DNA of 64,000 nucleotides from contig JAKEGJ010000029.1 in NCBI GenBank assembly GCA_022627495.1, positions 42,408-106,407 of the forward strand, given 5' to 3'. A model generated the notes under the pieces. That model was not told the DNA's origin. It worked only from the letters and a program-made list of their open reading frames with translations, and searched no databases. The position numbers were made by a program, and so were the translations under genes. Shown piece by piece: positions 38,701-46,446 of the stretch (positions are counted from its first letter, which is position 1; each line of letters opens with the position of its first letter). Source of the DNA: Candidatus Micrarchaeota archaeon. Its GTDB lineage: Archaea > Micrarchaeota > Micrarchaeia > Anstonellales > Bilamarchaeaceae.

Positions 38701-39208
38701 ACCTGAAAAGAAGCCGAAATTGAAGGGAAAAATCAGCCTCGACAAAGGACTGTATCTAAAGAAGGAGATTAGCGAAGACGAGGAAGCTTATCTCCTGCAA
38801 AACGGCTACGAACCTTGTAAGGGGAGGACTTCAAAGGATGGCGGATCAACTTGGTACTTTGTCAAGATTAGGCATAATGAAAGCCAGGAACATGCGTTTC
38901 TCTGCTGGACTACCTATGAAGCCGCAAAAAGGCGATTCGATAACGTAGAAATGAATACGACCCGCTGCGGAGATGTCGTGATAGATACGGGGAGAAAGAA
39001 GATAGCCTTTGAAATCGAGACTGGAGCGAACTTGAAACAATATTCGGATGAGTTTCTTAGACAAAAGTTTCAGCAACTTGATGATGAATTCGATGAGTAT
39101 TACATACTCGTTTCCAAATACAATTTTCAGAAGCGGTATAAACGATATGGAAAAGTAATCCTGAGAAACAAGATAGAAGAAACCCTTGCAGGGATAGGGA
39201 GACAATAA
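35786..39208 (+). CDS. PrgI/VirB3-like + VirB4 ATPase + C-terminal PD-(D/E)XK-like domain fusion
   Basis: N-terminal YDIPDEIKYREKII..L..RQL plus 2 TM. NKHFFIIGISGSGKS, ILDPNGEY, IDEGW, SRKFN and TQ motifs. C-terminal ESQEH...GDVV...AFEIETG. Confidence 0.85.
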   Translation: MAYDIPDEIKYREKIIANLDSRQLIYAALFGFLAFLAFRLPVEGELKFALPTLISLTGVGFIFLNLGERIREVFSFYFAFRKAEYKESAAQKFFEVKSVSDNVIHLDNGKRLAVLEVQPVNFRLLDDGRKLALISNYKAFLNQLMTPVQILVRTKSVSLEDYFNKTNSRRIKDGLLLALYSDFRIFEEDFLSSNSIKERQFYLIVPFTKNTIPDKQIPPLKLLEDIMSITQEKLEACGLEMRRLNDAEITDLLYSYGSSSEDNEERPDDLFNSIVGRITSGINRIKTLNRHFPGYAWQIKLGPENVTPPLLRNTKKTPEIFSLGKARGASSFQSIGDMGLCPPPSTILQFAGSDILHPKQNIKITGRQIGYKIPRNRMCPLGSGKLVWPESFGGWIKDDVEPEPGNFRQDITPSFDIRKNCAYVNEEIHRIVKVSGYPRKVEDGWLQAFLTKNENYDIIMHIDPASINARLVYLHNQIIQQTSDLVMSTSKGTPNPALEIKKADTTRVYDSLYKGEEKMFDVSIYLDNHAPTIPDLGLLTEKCKSNLNAQMMVPKVTEWRMADGIKSTLPIAFNPLAAGRDFLTNSLAASFPFISPSNTKKNGILFAREADTMTPLFLDFKGMNNKHFFIIGISGSGKSYTSKYLMMQQLFAEDTKVFILDPNGEYVPLCKSLGGQVIELSRGSQSTINIFDLGGNDYSDKMLSLLSAFDIIVGGLTESQKGVLSKVLTRAYARKGVIHSRPETWDRDAPTFSDVRDAALEIKAEFAGGNEYLKDPSIEALLNRIEMYCQSGLFGFLDQPSKLDVNKGFVCFDLSKLPNAVKNLLMFATLEIIRQEISKDKKPKIVLIDEGWSLLRSREVANYILEFVKTSRKFNTSLGFVTQEMEDLLRSRTGKSILNTASVKILMRQNPSNIDLISDTLKLNPATKEYLLTARNGHGLLFTEQNAFKFFVKASDKLHALITTKPEEQVQKPEKKPKLKGKISLDKGLYLKKEISEDEEAYLLQNGYEPCKGRTSKDGGSTWYFVKIRHNESQEHAFLCWTTYEAAKRRFDNVEMNTTRCGDVVIDTGRKKIAFEIETGANLKQYSDEFLRQKFQQLDDEFDEYYILVSKYNFQKRYKRYGKVILRNKIEETLAGIGRQ

Positions 39209-39210
39209 TT

Positions 39211-39332
39211 AATTACGAGCTAACCTTGCGTTTTCGCATGAGTTAAGGCGTATCTCCTTCAAATTTGAGAAAATTACGGCCTAAAAACAGGGCGTAATCT
39301 CGCTAAAAAAATTACGACCTCAGTTACGACCT
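39211..39332. repeat. Cluster of short TTACG(A/G)CC-type direct and inverted repeats, candidate origin
   Basis: AATTACGAGCT (~39211), AAATTACGGCCT (39271), inverted GGCGTAAT (39291), AAATTACGACCT (39309) and GTTACGACCT (39323). Confidence 0.5.
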
Positions 39333-39341
39333 CTGCGAACA

Positions 39342-39518
39342 TTAAAGGTCATGCGGCAGCATCGTAGTCCTCCCGTTTGCTGTCGCCCGCTTAGCCGCTC
39401 TATCGAGCATCTGCCGGACTTCCCCATTCAGGGCAGCGTAGAGATCCTTTGAAACGCGGAGCTCGCCCTGCCTGAAAAACGATTTCACTGAGCCCTTTGA
39501 TACAAATCCATCCTTCAT
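39342..39518 (-). CDS. 58-aa histone-fold protein (alpha3-truncated, face-to-face/Bd0055-like class)
   Basis: Manual translation MKDGFVSKGSVKSFFRQGELRVSKDLYAALNGEVRQMLDRAAKRATANGRTTMLPHDL, with L1 RVS and L2 RTT....D motifs. RBS GAGGGG; starts 1 nt after the cdc6 stop. Confidence 0.82.
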   Translation of the reverse strand: MKDGFVSKGSVKSFFRQGELRVSKDLYAALNGEVRQMLDRAAKRATANGRTTMLPHDL

Positions 39519-39519
39519 T

Positions 39520-40587
39520 TCAATCCCCCCTCAATCGGATAATGGAACACCTCGGCCGATTTCCGGCCATCACGTTTTCAATGGAAATGAGGCCTTTCTG
39601 GTCCATTGCCCGCAGATAGTTGCGGATTTGCCGCTTGGTTCGGAGAATTCCCGACCGGAAAAGGGGGTAAAGCTCCGTAGTGGTCTTCTGGCCTTCTTTC
39701 AGAAGGCCATGAATCAAGAGTTCTTCCCTTGACAGTTCGGCCCCAATAAGCCCGATTTCGCGCTTTATGGCTAAAACGTCATTTTTGGATACTTCTGCAA
39801 GTCCCTGATCCTCCGAGCTTCTTGCGGCCCTCCAGAGGATTTCAAGGGCAAAACGACCGCCACCGTGACTTGCTACGCTGATGTCTGCTATCTCCTCTAT
39901 CAGCGAGCTGTCATAAGAGCCAGGCCGTAACCCGGCGGAGGCTCGCTCTTTCAGGAGTGTAAGCAGCTCATCACGAGTGAACTGGGGAATCTCGATTTTC
40001 GTGAACCTGAGGATTTCGCGGGTTTCCTGCGGAAGCTTCGAAAGCACGGCTTCGTTATCCGAGATCCCGATAATGCCGAAATAGACCTTTTCCTCATCCA
40101 GATGGGCGATATTCTGGAGGATACGAGCATCATCGTAATGGATAAGAGCTTCAATCTCATCGAGAACGAGAAGGACGGGTTTCTTCGAGTAGCGCATGAG
40201 TTCCACGATACGGTCGAATATCTCATCGGATGCCCGCCCTCTCCTTGAGACAGGTTCGCCCAATGCGTCCGCGATCTTGGTGAATATGGACATGGAGGTG
40301 TTGTACCGGCAACAGTTGGCATAGATGCACAATAACCTGCGGCTTTCTTCCACCTCTCCTATAGCCCACCTGACTAAGGCGGTCTTGCCCGAACCTGAGG
40401 GACCGGATATGAAGACATTCTCAGAGAGATGGCCTGTCTGAAGGCTGTTCATGGCTGCCAGAACGCTTTCTCCTACAGCTTGCCGGCATCCAAGGTTGCT
40501 TTTGGGATAGAACCGGGGCAAAAGAACTGATTCATCCTGGATTATCCGGTTTTTTGAAGCAATCATCACGACGCTTTGGTGTTCCAT
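39520..40587 (-). CDS. cdc6: Orc1/Cdc6-family replication initiator (divergent, element-borne)
   Basis: GPSGSGKT, YANC, LVLDEIE, L..ILKER-like, sensor GGGRFAL and a C-terminal wHTH. Confidence 0.85.
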   Translation of the reverse strand: MEHQSVVMIASKNRIIQDESVLLPRFYPKSNLGCRQAVGESVLAAMNSLQTGHLSENVFISGPSGSGKTALVRWAIGEVEESRRLLCIYANCCRYNTSMSIFTKIADALGEPVSRRGRASDEIFDRIVELMRYSKKPVLLVLDEIEALIHYDDARILQNIAHLDEEKVYFGIIGISDNEAVLSKLPQETREILRFTKIEIPQFTRDELLTLLKERASAGLRPGSYDSSLIEEIADISVASHGGGRFALEILWRAARSSEDQGLAEVSKNDVLAIKREIGLIGAELSREELLIHGLLKEGQKTTTELYPLFRSGILRTKRQIRNYLRAMDQKGLISIENVMAGNRPRCSIIRLRGD

Positions 40588-40723
40588 CTCCCTCCTCCCG
40601 CTTGATTGTGTTACTTGGAACAGGATTATGGTAATATGTTATATTTATATTTGTCGCTCAAAAAAGGAGACATTTGCTTTATTTTCGACTATTTTATAAA
40701 CATTTGGATACAAATATCTAGAT

Positions 40724-41158
40724 ATGTATGAGATTGATAAGACAGATACAGCTATTATTGGGATCCTGAAGGATAATGCCAGGCTTTCAGTCAGGCAGAT
40801 CTCCAAAAAATGTGGTGTGCCATCAGCAACAGTACATAAAAGAATGCTGAAACTGGAGAACGAAGGCGTTATCGAGAGATATTCGGCAGTGATCAACAAG
40901 GCAAAGCTCGGAAAAGAAACAATTGCTTATGTATTGGTAAGGATAAAGCCGGAAGCCGATTACACGTCGATGATGGAGCAGGTAGAAAAACGGGAAGAAG
41001 TTGAGGATATGAGCGCTTTGGCAGGCCAATTTGACTTAATTCTGAAAATACGTGTCAGGAGCATCCCGGAACTTGATGCTTTTGTCATGCGCTACCTACG
41101 CAAGTTCAAGGAGGTCGCACAGACTCAGACTCTCGTTGTTTTCAGGCACTGGCATTAG
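40724..41158 (+). CDS. Lrp/AsnC transcriptional regulator
   Basis: IDKTD..II..L..NARLS..ISK...TVHKRM.KLENEGVI and GQFD motifs. Confidence 0.92.
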   Translation: MYEIDKTDTAIIGILKDNARLSVRQISKKCGVPSATVHKRMLKLENEGVIERYSAVINKAKLGKETIAYVLVRIKPEADYTSMMEQVEKREEVEDMSALAGQFDLILKIRVRSIPELDAFVMRYLRKFKEVAQTQTLVVFRHWH

Positions 41159-41172
41159 TTTTTGATAGTCCT

Positions 41173-41448
41173 TTACATGTTGTCCATCTTGAAGAGCACT
41201 CTCGCGCCTTTTACTTCTTTCTTAAGTTTCGGAGCGTTCTGGATTATTTCGATAAGCTCCAGGTATCGCTTTACAGTGCGCTTGTGGAGCCTTGTCGTAA
41301 CGACGATAGAGTGGATATTGGCGGATTTCTTGGACAGGATAGCCATGACCCGACCGACATCTTCCAATATTTTAGCCACGGAACAAATAGGCAGTTCCCA
41401 CCTAAATACCTTGAATAACACAGTGTATTTTTCCCTTCCCATCAACAC
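41173..41448 (-). CDS. Small wHTH-like protein (start uncertain)
   Basis: NIHSIVVTTRLHKRTVKRYLELI HTH-like segment. Confidence 0.55.
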   Translation of the reverse strand: MLMGREKYTVLFKVFRWELPICSVAKILEDVGRVMAILSKKSANIHSIVVTTRLHKRTVKRYLELIEIIQNAPKLKKEVKGARVLFKMDNM

Positions 41449-41685
41449 TCCGACGTAAGGGATGGGAAATTATAGGGAAATTGATGGGAAATAGACCGTA
41501 ATTCGCAAACGGGGCATTTTTGTATCCAAAAGGGCACTTCGGGATAAATAGTTTTGATGCGTTGCTTATATATGACCGAAAACACGGGGAATATAATTAT
41601 TGTGCCTTGGTGGATGGTGGAATTGAAAAGAAGTATTGAAATTGAATCAGAAAATCGAGCCCTAAATAAATCAAAACGGTAGTAA

Positions 41686-43620
41686 TCACATTTGTTTCTT
41701 TTCAAGAAATTCGAGTTTCAATATTCTGATTTTTTGCTCTCTATTTCCAATTACTACCCCCCATCTCTCTTCAAGGAAGTCCAATAATTTTAATCCACGG
41801 TCACGAATCTCCTCCGGCGTCCAACTTTCTTTTAAAGCGACTTCATTTTCGCTGTAAGATCCGTTGAAGTACCCTACATTACCCTCCTTTTGCACTTTTT
41901 TATCTTGAAAACAGTCATCTTGTAAAGACGAATTCTTAGGTTGAGAAAGAGTGAGTAGATTTCCCAAATTGTGGCAGAGTACTCTCTTTTGTTCATAATC
42001 ATACTGACCGAAATAGTTCTCCCAACATTCTAGATTAGCGTGTTGAGGAAAAATATGTTCGACAGTGACGTATCCTTTTTTTGCATGGGAGATTTCTTTC
42101 CAATCAAGCTTCTTTTGATTTGTTTTTGATTTTTCAAATAGCGAGTAATCATATTCATAAAGGAAGTATCTTACTCCCTCCCAACCATAAAATCCATCCC
42201 GGTCATAAATGTCAAATTTTTCTCCTATCTGCTTTTCGAATTCTTTTGCGTCGTAATACTCTTTTGTCCAATCATTGATCTGTTCGATAATTGAATCGAT
42301 ATCTCCTTCCTTTTCATTCCGATAGTATTTCCGAGCATATCCATAAAATTCGCTATTCCCAGTAAATGCTCTTCTTTGAGATATTCTAAATACTAAGAAA
42401 ACGTATCGTTCCATCGCTTTCAATAATTCAATTAACTTTTCTTTTGGTTCTTTATTTCTGACTAACAGCGCCATTAATAGCGGAGGAAAAGCACCGTGTC
42501 CCACCCGTTTCAGTCTATCTAGCCACAGTATTATCTCATCATCCATCTTGGACAATTCCGGATTCATTATTTCATACCACTTTCTCACGCTTTCCTGCAA
42601 ACTCGTTATATACTCTTGAATATCTGTTACCTCTAATTTCTTTGCCATCACATCCTTAACTGTAAACTGTTCCTTCAATAAGAAAGTAACATAGTCATCT
42701 GCAGTTTTTCTTGAGTATTTGAAATATGCTATCCAGTGATTCTTTAGAAACTCATCGTCATCAAGAGGGTTATCTTTATTTTTTCCTAAGAATTCGTAAA
42801 TAGTTTTCCAACATTCATTGATATTTTTTCGTAATGTAACTCGTTCATTTTCGTTGTTATAGCTAAGCTTTGTAGATAAGTAAATCAACCTGTTTTTCAA
42901 TAATTCAAGTTTCGACAAGTCTTTTCCACGGTTATTCATAGTTTCAAAAGCAACAAAAACATCCAAATCCTCTTCAATTTCATAAACATTAAATTTCAGT
43001 TTTGATACAACCTTGCTAAATAAGACATTAAGCTCTTCTGGTTGCATCTGCTCAATTCTTCTGTGGAAATAATGTTTTGCGTATTCCATATTAGCAGTAT
43101 ACAGAGTTTCAATTTTCTGATTGGTATTGGATTTTTCACCGAAAATTATTGTTTTAAGAAATTCGTAACTTGGATTGTCCTTTTCATAGCCAAAAAGATA
43201 TGTTTTCGAGATTCCTTGGGGGTTTGAAAGATATATGTACTGATCTCGTATTTCATCTATTGAATGGTATTCCAATCGCTTTCCAACGCTTTCAAGCTTA
43301 TCGCAAATAACCTTGATTAGAATTATGATCGTGGTTAATCTTTGTTGGCCATCTACTACATAGAATGGACGATATCCCTTCCCCTCTATAAGCCACTTGT
43401 CATCATCCCAGTTTTGATATACCTCCTTTCGAACTTTTTCTAGTGTAAGTACTCCTGTGTAATGGAAGTGGTTGGGGGCAAGTGTTTCTAAGTCCTCCCA
43501 AAAATCCTCCAACTGTTGTTTTTCCCATGCAAAACCTCTCTGATAATCGGGTATTCGATAAATGTTTCTTTGAAATATGTCTGCTATTGAATTTAGTTTT
43601 TCCGATGAGATGGAAACCAC
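41686..43620 (-). CDS. GmrSD-type (DUF262 + DUF1524) type IV restriction protein
   Basis: IPDYQRGFAW, VVDGQQRLTT, FETMNNRG, VEHIFPQ and LGNL..L....NS motifs. Confidence 0.92.
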   Translation of the reverse strand: MVSISSEKLNSIADIFQRNIYRIPDYQRGFAWEKQQLEDFWEDLETLAPNHFHYTGVLTLEKVRKEVYQNWDDDKWLIEGKGYRPFYVVDGQQRLTTIIILIKVICDKLESVGKRLEYHSIDEIRDQYIYLSNPQGISKTYLFGYEKDNPSYEFLKTIIFGEKSNTNQKIETLYTANMEYAKHYFHRRIEQMQPEELNVLFSKVVSKLKFNVYEIEEDLDVFVAFETMNNRGKDLSKLELLKNRLIYLSTKLSYNNENERVTLRKNINECWKTIYEFLGKNKDNPLDDDEFLKNHWIAYFKYSRKTADDYVTFLLKEQFTVKDVMAKKLEVTDIQEYITSLQESVRKWYEIMNPELSKMDDEIILWLDRLKRVGHGAFPPLLMALLVRNKEPKEKLIELLKAMERYVFLVFRISQRRAFTGNSEFYGYARKYYRNEKEGDIDSIIEQINDWTKEYYDAKEFEKQIGEKFDIYDRDGFYGWEGVRYFLYEYDYSLFEKSKTNQKKLDWKEISHAKKGYVTVEHIFPQHANLECWENYFGQYDYEQKRVLCHNLGNLLTLSQPKNSSLQDDCFQDKKVQKEGNVGYFNGSYSENEVALKESWTPEEIRDRGLKLLDFLEERWGVVIGNREQKIRILKLEFLEKKQM

Positions 43621-43701
43621 CCTCAGCTAAAGTGATACGTTTGAATAGCCAAGTTAAATATATAAAAAGGTTTGAATTTGCTAAATTGATTTAGCTGAAA
43701 A

Positions 43702-44919
43702 CTAAACAATGGCCTTCTCCAATCCCATCTCGAAAATCTTCTTTAGCATCATGTCCTTGAATTCGTTATCCTGCATCAGCCGGTTCATGATGCTGTCGGT
43801 CGCCTGCCGATCCTTCTCCAGCGATACTATGAGGGTTTCATCCAGCGGAAGCCCGCAACGGGTACAATACTTGGATGCCGGGGAATTGTGCTCCTTGCAC
43901 CTCTGGCAGTTCTTCGCCTTTATCTTTTCCTCTTGGCTAACCTCATCGTGAACTAGCCCCTGAATCTTCAGAAGGGCGTTATCTACGTCCCTTCCGCTCA
44001 TATGGACGTAAGTCGAAGCCATATCCGAACCCTGAACCCAGCCAAAATGCTCCTTCATTTGGGCTTCCGTAAGCTTGCTGGCCAAGGCGGTTGCCCGAGA
44101 ATGGCGGAATAAGTGGGGGTGGATATGCTTCTTTATCCCGGCCTTAATCGCCAGATTTCGCAATAGCTTGTAAACCGAACGGTGGTCCATGCACTCAATC
44201 ATATTCTTGGTTTTCCATTTCGGAGAGCGCGGGGGCCAAAGCGGGGCTTTCGGATCGTCCTTTCTCCTGTAATTATCGACCCACAAGGCCAAGGCTGGCG
44301 CCGAGCTGATTACCCTTACCCGCCTATCCCCGGTTTTCCCTGAAACGCGCAGGACTGCCCCGTATTGGTCGAATTTGACGTTTTGCATACTGAGGGTAAG
44401 CAATTCCCCTATCCGACACCCGGACTCGTATAAAACCAGTACAAATGCCTTATCCCTCGGATTTTCTGCCTCATTGACAATCCTGAGTATTTCGTCCTCT
44501 GTCAAAAGGTCTTCCGGTAGCTTGTGTTTCCCATTTTTCAGCTTCGGCTTCAGCCAGCTTATCTCCGGAGGGAATGTCTCATCATTCCCTTTGAGCCACT
44601 TATAGTACATTTTGAGGACGATTTTGTAATCAAGACGGGTATACTCCGAATACTTCGGATTGGTTTCAAGCCCGCCTACCAACGCGATAAGATTCTCCTT
44701 GGTGGCATTTCCAAACGGCTTATTGAGCCATGCAGCAAGGAAACGAAGGCAGTAAACGACCTTTGCGACCCGGCCATGTGACGCGCCTTTTGCAAGGCGC
44801 ACTTTCGAAAAAGAGATTATGGACTCCTTGTTCTCCTTACTGACTCCCGGATCCTTATTGAGGTTCTCTATCGCCAGTTCCAGGCGTCTGGAATAGTTGT
44901 ATAGACCGAATCCATCCAT
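43702..44919 (-). CDS. int: Tyrosine integrase with C-terminal zinc ribbon (SNJ2-like archaeal family)
   Basis: ESGCRIGE, GKTG.R, HPHLFRHSRAT, HFGW, Y.H and CQRC...CTRCG. Adjacent to the tRNA 3' end. Confidence 0.93.
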   Translation of the reverse strand: MDGFGLYNYSRRLELAIENLNKDPGVSKENKESIISFSKVRLAKGASHGRVAKVVYCLRFLAAWLNKPFGNATKENLIALVGGLETNPKYSEYTRLDYKIVLKMYYKWLKGNDETFPPEISWLKPKLKNGKHKLPEDLLTEDEILRIVNEAENPRDKAFVLVLYESGCRIGELLTLSMQNVKFDQYGAVLRVSGKTGDRRVRVISSAPALALWVDNYRRKDDPKAPLWPPRSPKWKTKNMIECMDHRSVYKLLRNLAIKAGIKKHIHPHLFRHSRATALASKLTEAQMKEHFGWVQGSDMASTYVHMSGRDVDNALLKIQGLVHDEVSQEEKIKAKNCQRCKEHNSPASKYCTRCGLPLDETLIVSLEKDRQATDSIMNRLMQDNEFKDMMLKKIFEMGLEKAIV

Positions 44920-45010
44920 GATTTCACTCCGGCTGGAGGTCTATTTTAGGGTTCGTGCCCCTTTGGGCAGAAATCTGCCCCAAGGTTACAGACCCGAACC
45001 AAAAAGATGA

Positions 45011-45129
45011 TGCAGGAGGAAGGATTCGAACCTTCGAAGGCGCTGAGCCAGAGGATTTCCCAGGCTGCATTCGGCTCGGGAATGTTAGGCTCTTAAGTCC
45101 ACCGCGTTTGACCGCTTCGCTACTCCTGC
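45011..45129 (-). tRNA. tRNA-Leu(UAA) with a 35-nt intron at 37/38 (45057-45091)
   Basis: Acceptor GCAGGAG/CTCCTGC-A, D arm GCGAAGCGGTCAAACGC, loop CT-TAA-G|intron|A, long variable arm, T arm GAAGG-TTCGAAT-CCTTC. No encoded CCA. Confidence 0.92.
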
Positions 45130-45199
45130 GCGAGTATCTTTTTTTTTACGCCTTGGGTAAAACCTCAGGCGGGAAGAGCGAAGCACAAAAAGCCCGCTT

Positions 45200-45295
45200 T
45201 TTGACCGCTTCGCTACTCATGCGTGAAAATCGGTGTTTCACGTTAGCTGGAGTGGCGAATCTTGAACCGCAGTTCAAGTACTTCGCTACTCCTGC
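45200..45295 (-). repeat. Two partial copies of the tRNA-Leu 5' end upstream of the gene
   Basis: 45200-45223 matches 45107-45130 with 1 mismatch. 45281-45295 (CTTCGCTACTCCTGC) is exact and forms one arm of a hairpin at 45246-45295. Confidence 0.75.
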
Positions 45296-45369
45296 AAAAG
45301 ATTTCCTCAGATTATTCTTAGGGTAAATCTTTTATCAAACTTCCGTATGATTCCCGAAGGCCGCCAGTT

Positions 45370-46380
45370 TCAGTCCAATGGCCGATTAGGGCTGCGTTCA
45401 ATCTGCGCGCGGAGCAGCGGGTCGGCCTCGGCAAGGGCGCTAATGTCCGGGACTGCGCCCGGGTGCATCAGGACGACCCTCCGCGCCATGTCGAACCGGG
45501 CCAGCATGCTGTCCCTGGCGAATCCGATGGCCTGCCTGTCGCCTTCCATGGCATCGTAGCTCCTTATGTACGCGCTCACGAGCTTCGCCGCGAGCACCCG
45601 CTCTATGGGGAAGATGCCGTCTTCTGGCATGATGTCTGTTCCGAACGGCCTGAAGAGGAGGTGCATCACGAGCGGCATTGCCTGTGCGGTGAGCGCAGGC
45701 TGGACCGCCGGAGCCATCCACCTGCCGCCACCGGTGTCGAACATGACCGGCAGCAGTCCCAGCCCGGAGAGCGTCTCCAGCCCCGTGCCGGCCGCGTGCG
45801 CCCGGGCGCCGGACCCTGCCGGCCCCCTCAGCACGCTGTCGCAGAACGCGCCCATGACTGCTCTCCTCCCATCCATCTCCGCATCTTCAAGCGTGATTCC
45901 CTGCGAAAGCAGCAGGAGCGCCTTCGCTATGCCCCTGCCCCGGAAATCATCATCGATGCCGTATCTGGAAAACGCGAATTCCCGGTCGGCGGTCCCGGCA
46001 TACATCAGGCCGGTGAAATATCCCTTGCAGTCCATCCGGAGGCTCTTGAAAAAGGAAATGCCTACGACCCTGCCTTCCATGAGCGCTGCAAGGGCGTGGA
46101 ACCTTGCGCCGTACCCGCATTGCTTGATTTTATGCCATTCCGCCTGGTCGTGCAGGGATATGCCCTCCTCTATCCTCTCATACGGAATCCTTTCGTCCCG
46201 GTTCGGGGTGAGGTGCGCATAAAGCCCCGAAATGTCCGCTGGGTTCGAGCACAACCCGCCGCCATGGCGGCCCAGCTCCACGAAATCCACGAGCGCTTCG
46301 GCCCGGATTATCCGCGCCCGCTCACGCTCATCCGGGCAAAGCCGTAAATATTCCCGGGGAAAGATGCGCCGATAAAGCAT
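45370..46380 (-). CDS. Hypothetical protein with GNAT-like motif
   Basis: DDFRGRGIAKALL acetyl-CoA-binding-like motif. Confidence 0.55.
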   Translation of the reverse strand: MLYRRIFPREYLRLCPDERERARIIRAEALVDFVELGRHGGGLCSNPADISGLYAHLTPNRDERIPYERIEEGISLHDQAEWHKIKQCGYGARFHALAALMEGRVVGISFFKSLRMDCKGYFTGLMYAGTADREFAFSRYGIDDDFRGRGIAKALLLLSQGITLEDAEMDGRRAVMGAFCDSVLRGPAGSGARAHAAGTGLETLSGLGLLPVMFDTGGGRWMAPAVQPALTAQAMPLVMHLLFRPFGTDIMPEDGIFPIERVLAAKLVSAYIRSYDAMEGDRQAIGFARDSMLARFDMARRVVLMHPGAVPDISALAEADPLLRAQIERSPNRPLD

Positions 46381-46446
46381 GGAATATCCCCCTGAACCGT
46401 TCTTGCTTCTGCTGAGAATCGAGCGTGTTTCTGGTACCTGCCAGGT

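Larger units (their letters stand above)
18473..45021. mobile_element. tRNA-Leu-integrated genomic island / putative archaeal integrative (conjugative) element, possibly two tandem elements
   Basis: Tyrosine integrase abutting the tRNA 3' end. tRNA-end copies ATGATGCAGGAG at 18480-18491 vs 45007-45018 and TGCAGGAGGAA near 18533, 21098 and 45011. AT-richer than the flanks. Carries Orc1/Cdc6, a VirB4 module and defence genes. Confidence 0.8.

Noticed and set aside
18473-45021. Provirus interpretation of the island
   Set aside because: No capsid, terminase, portal or packaging genes were recognised; the pilin/VirB6/VirB4 set fits a conjugative-type element better.
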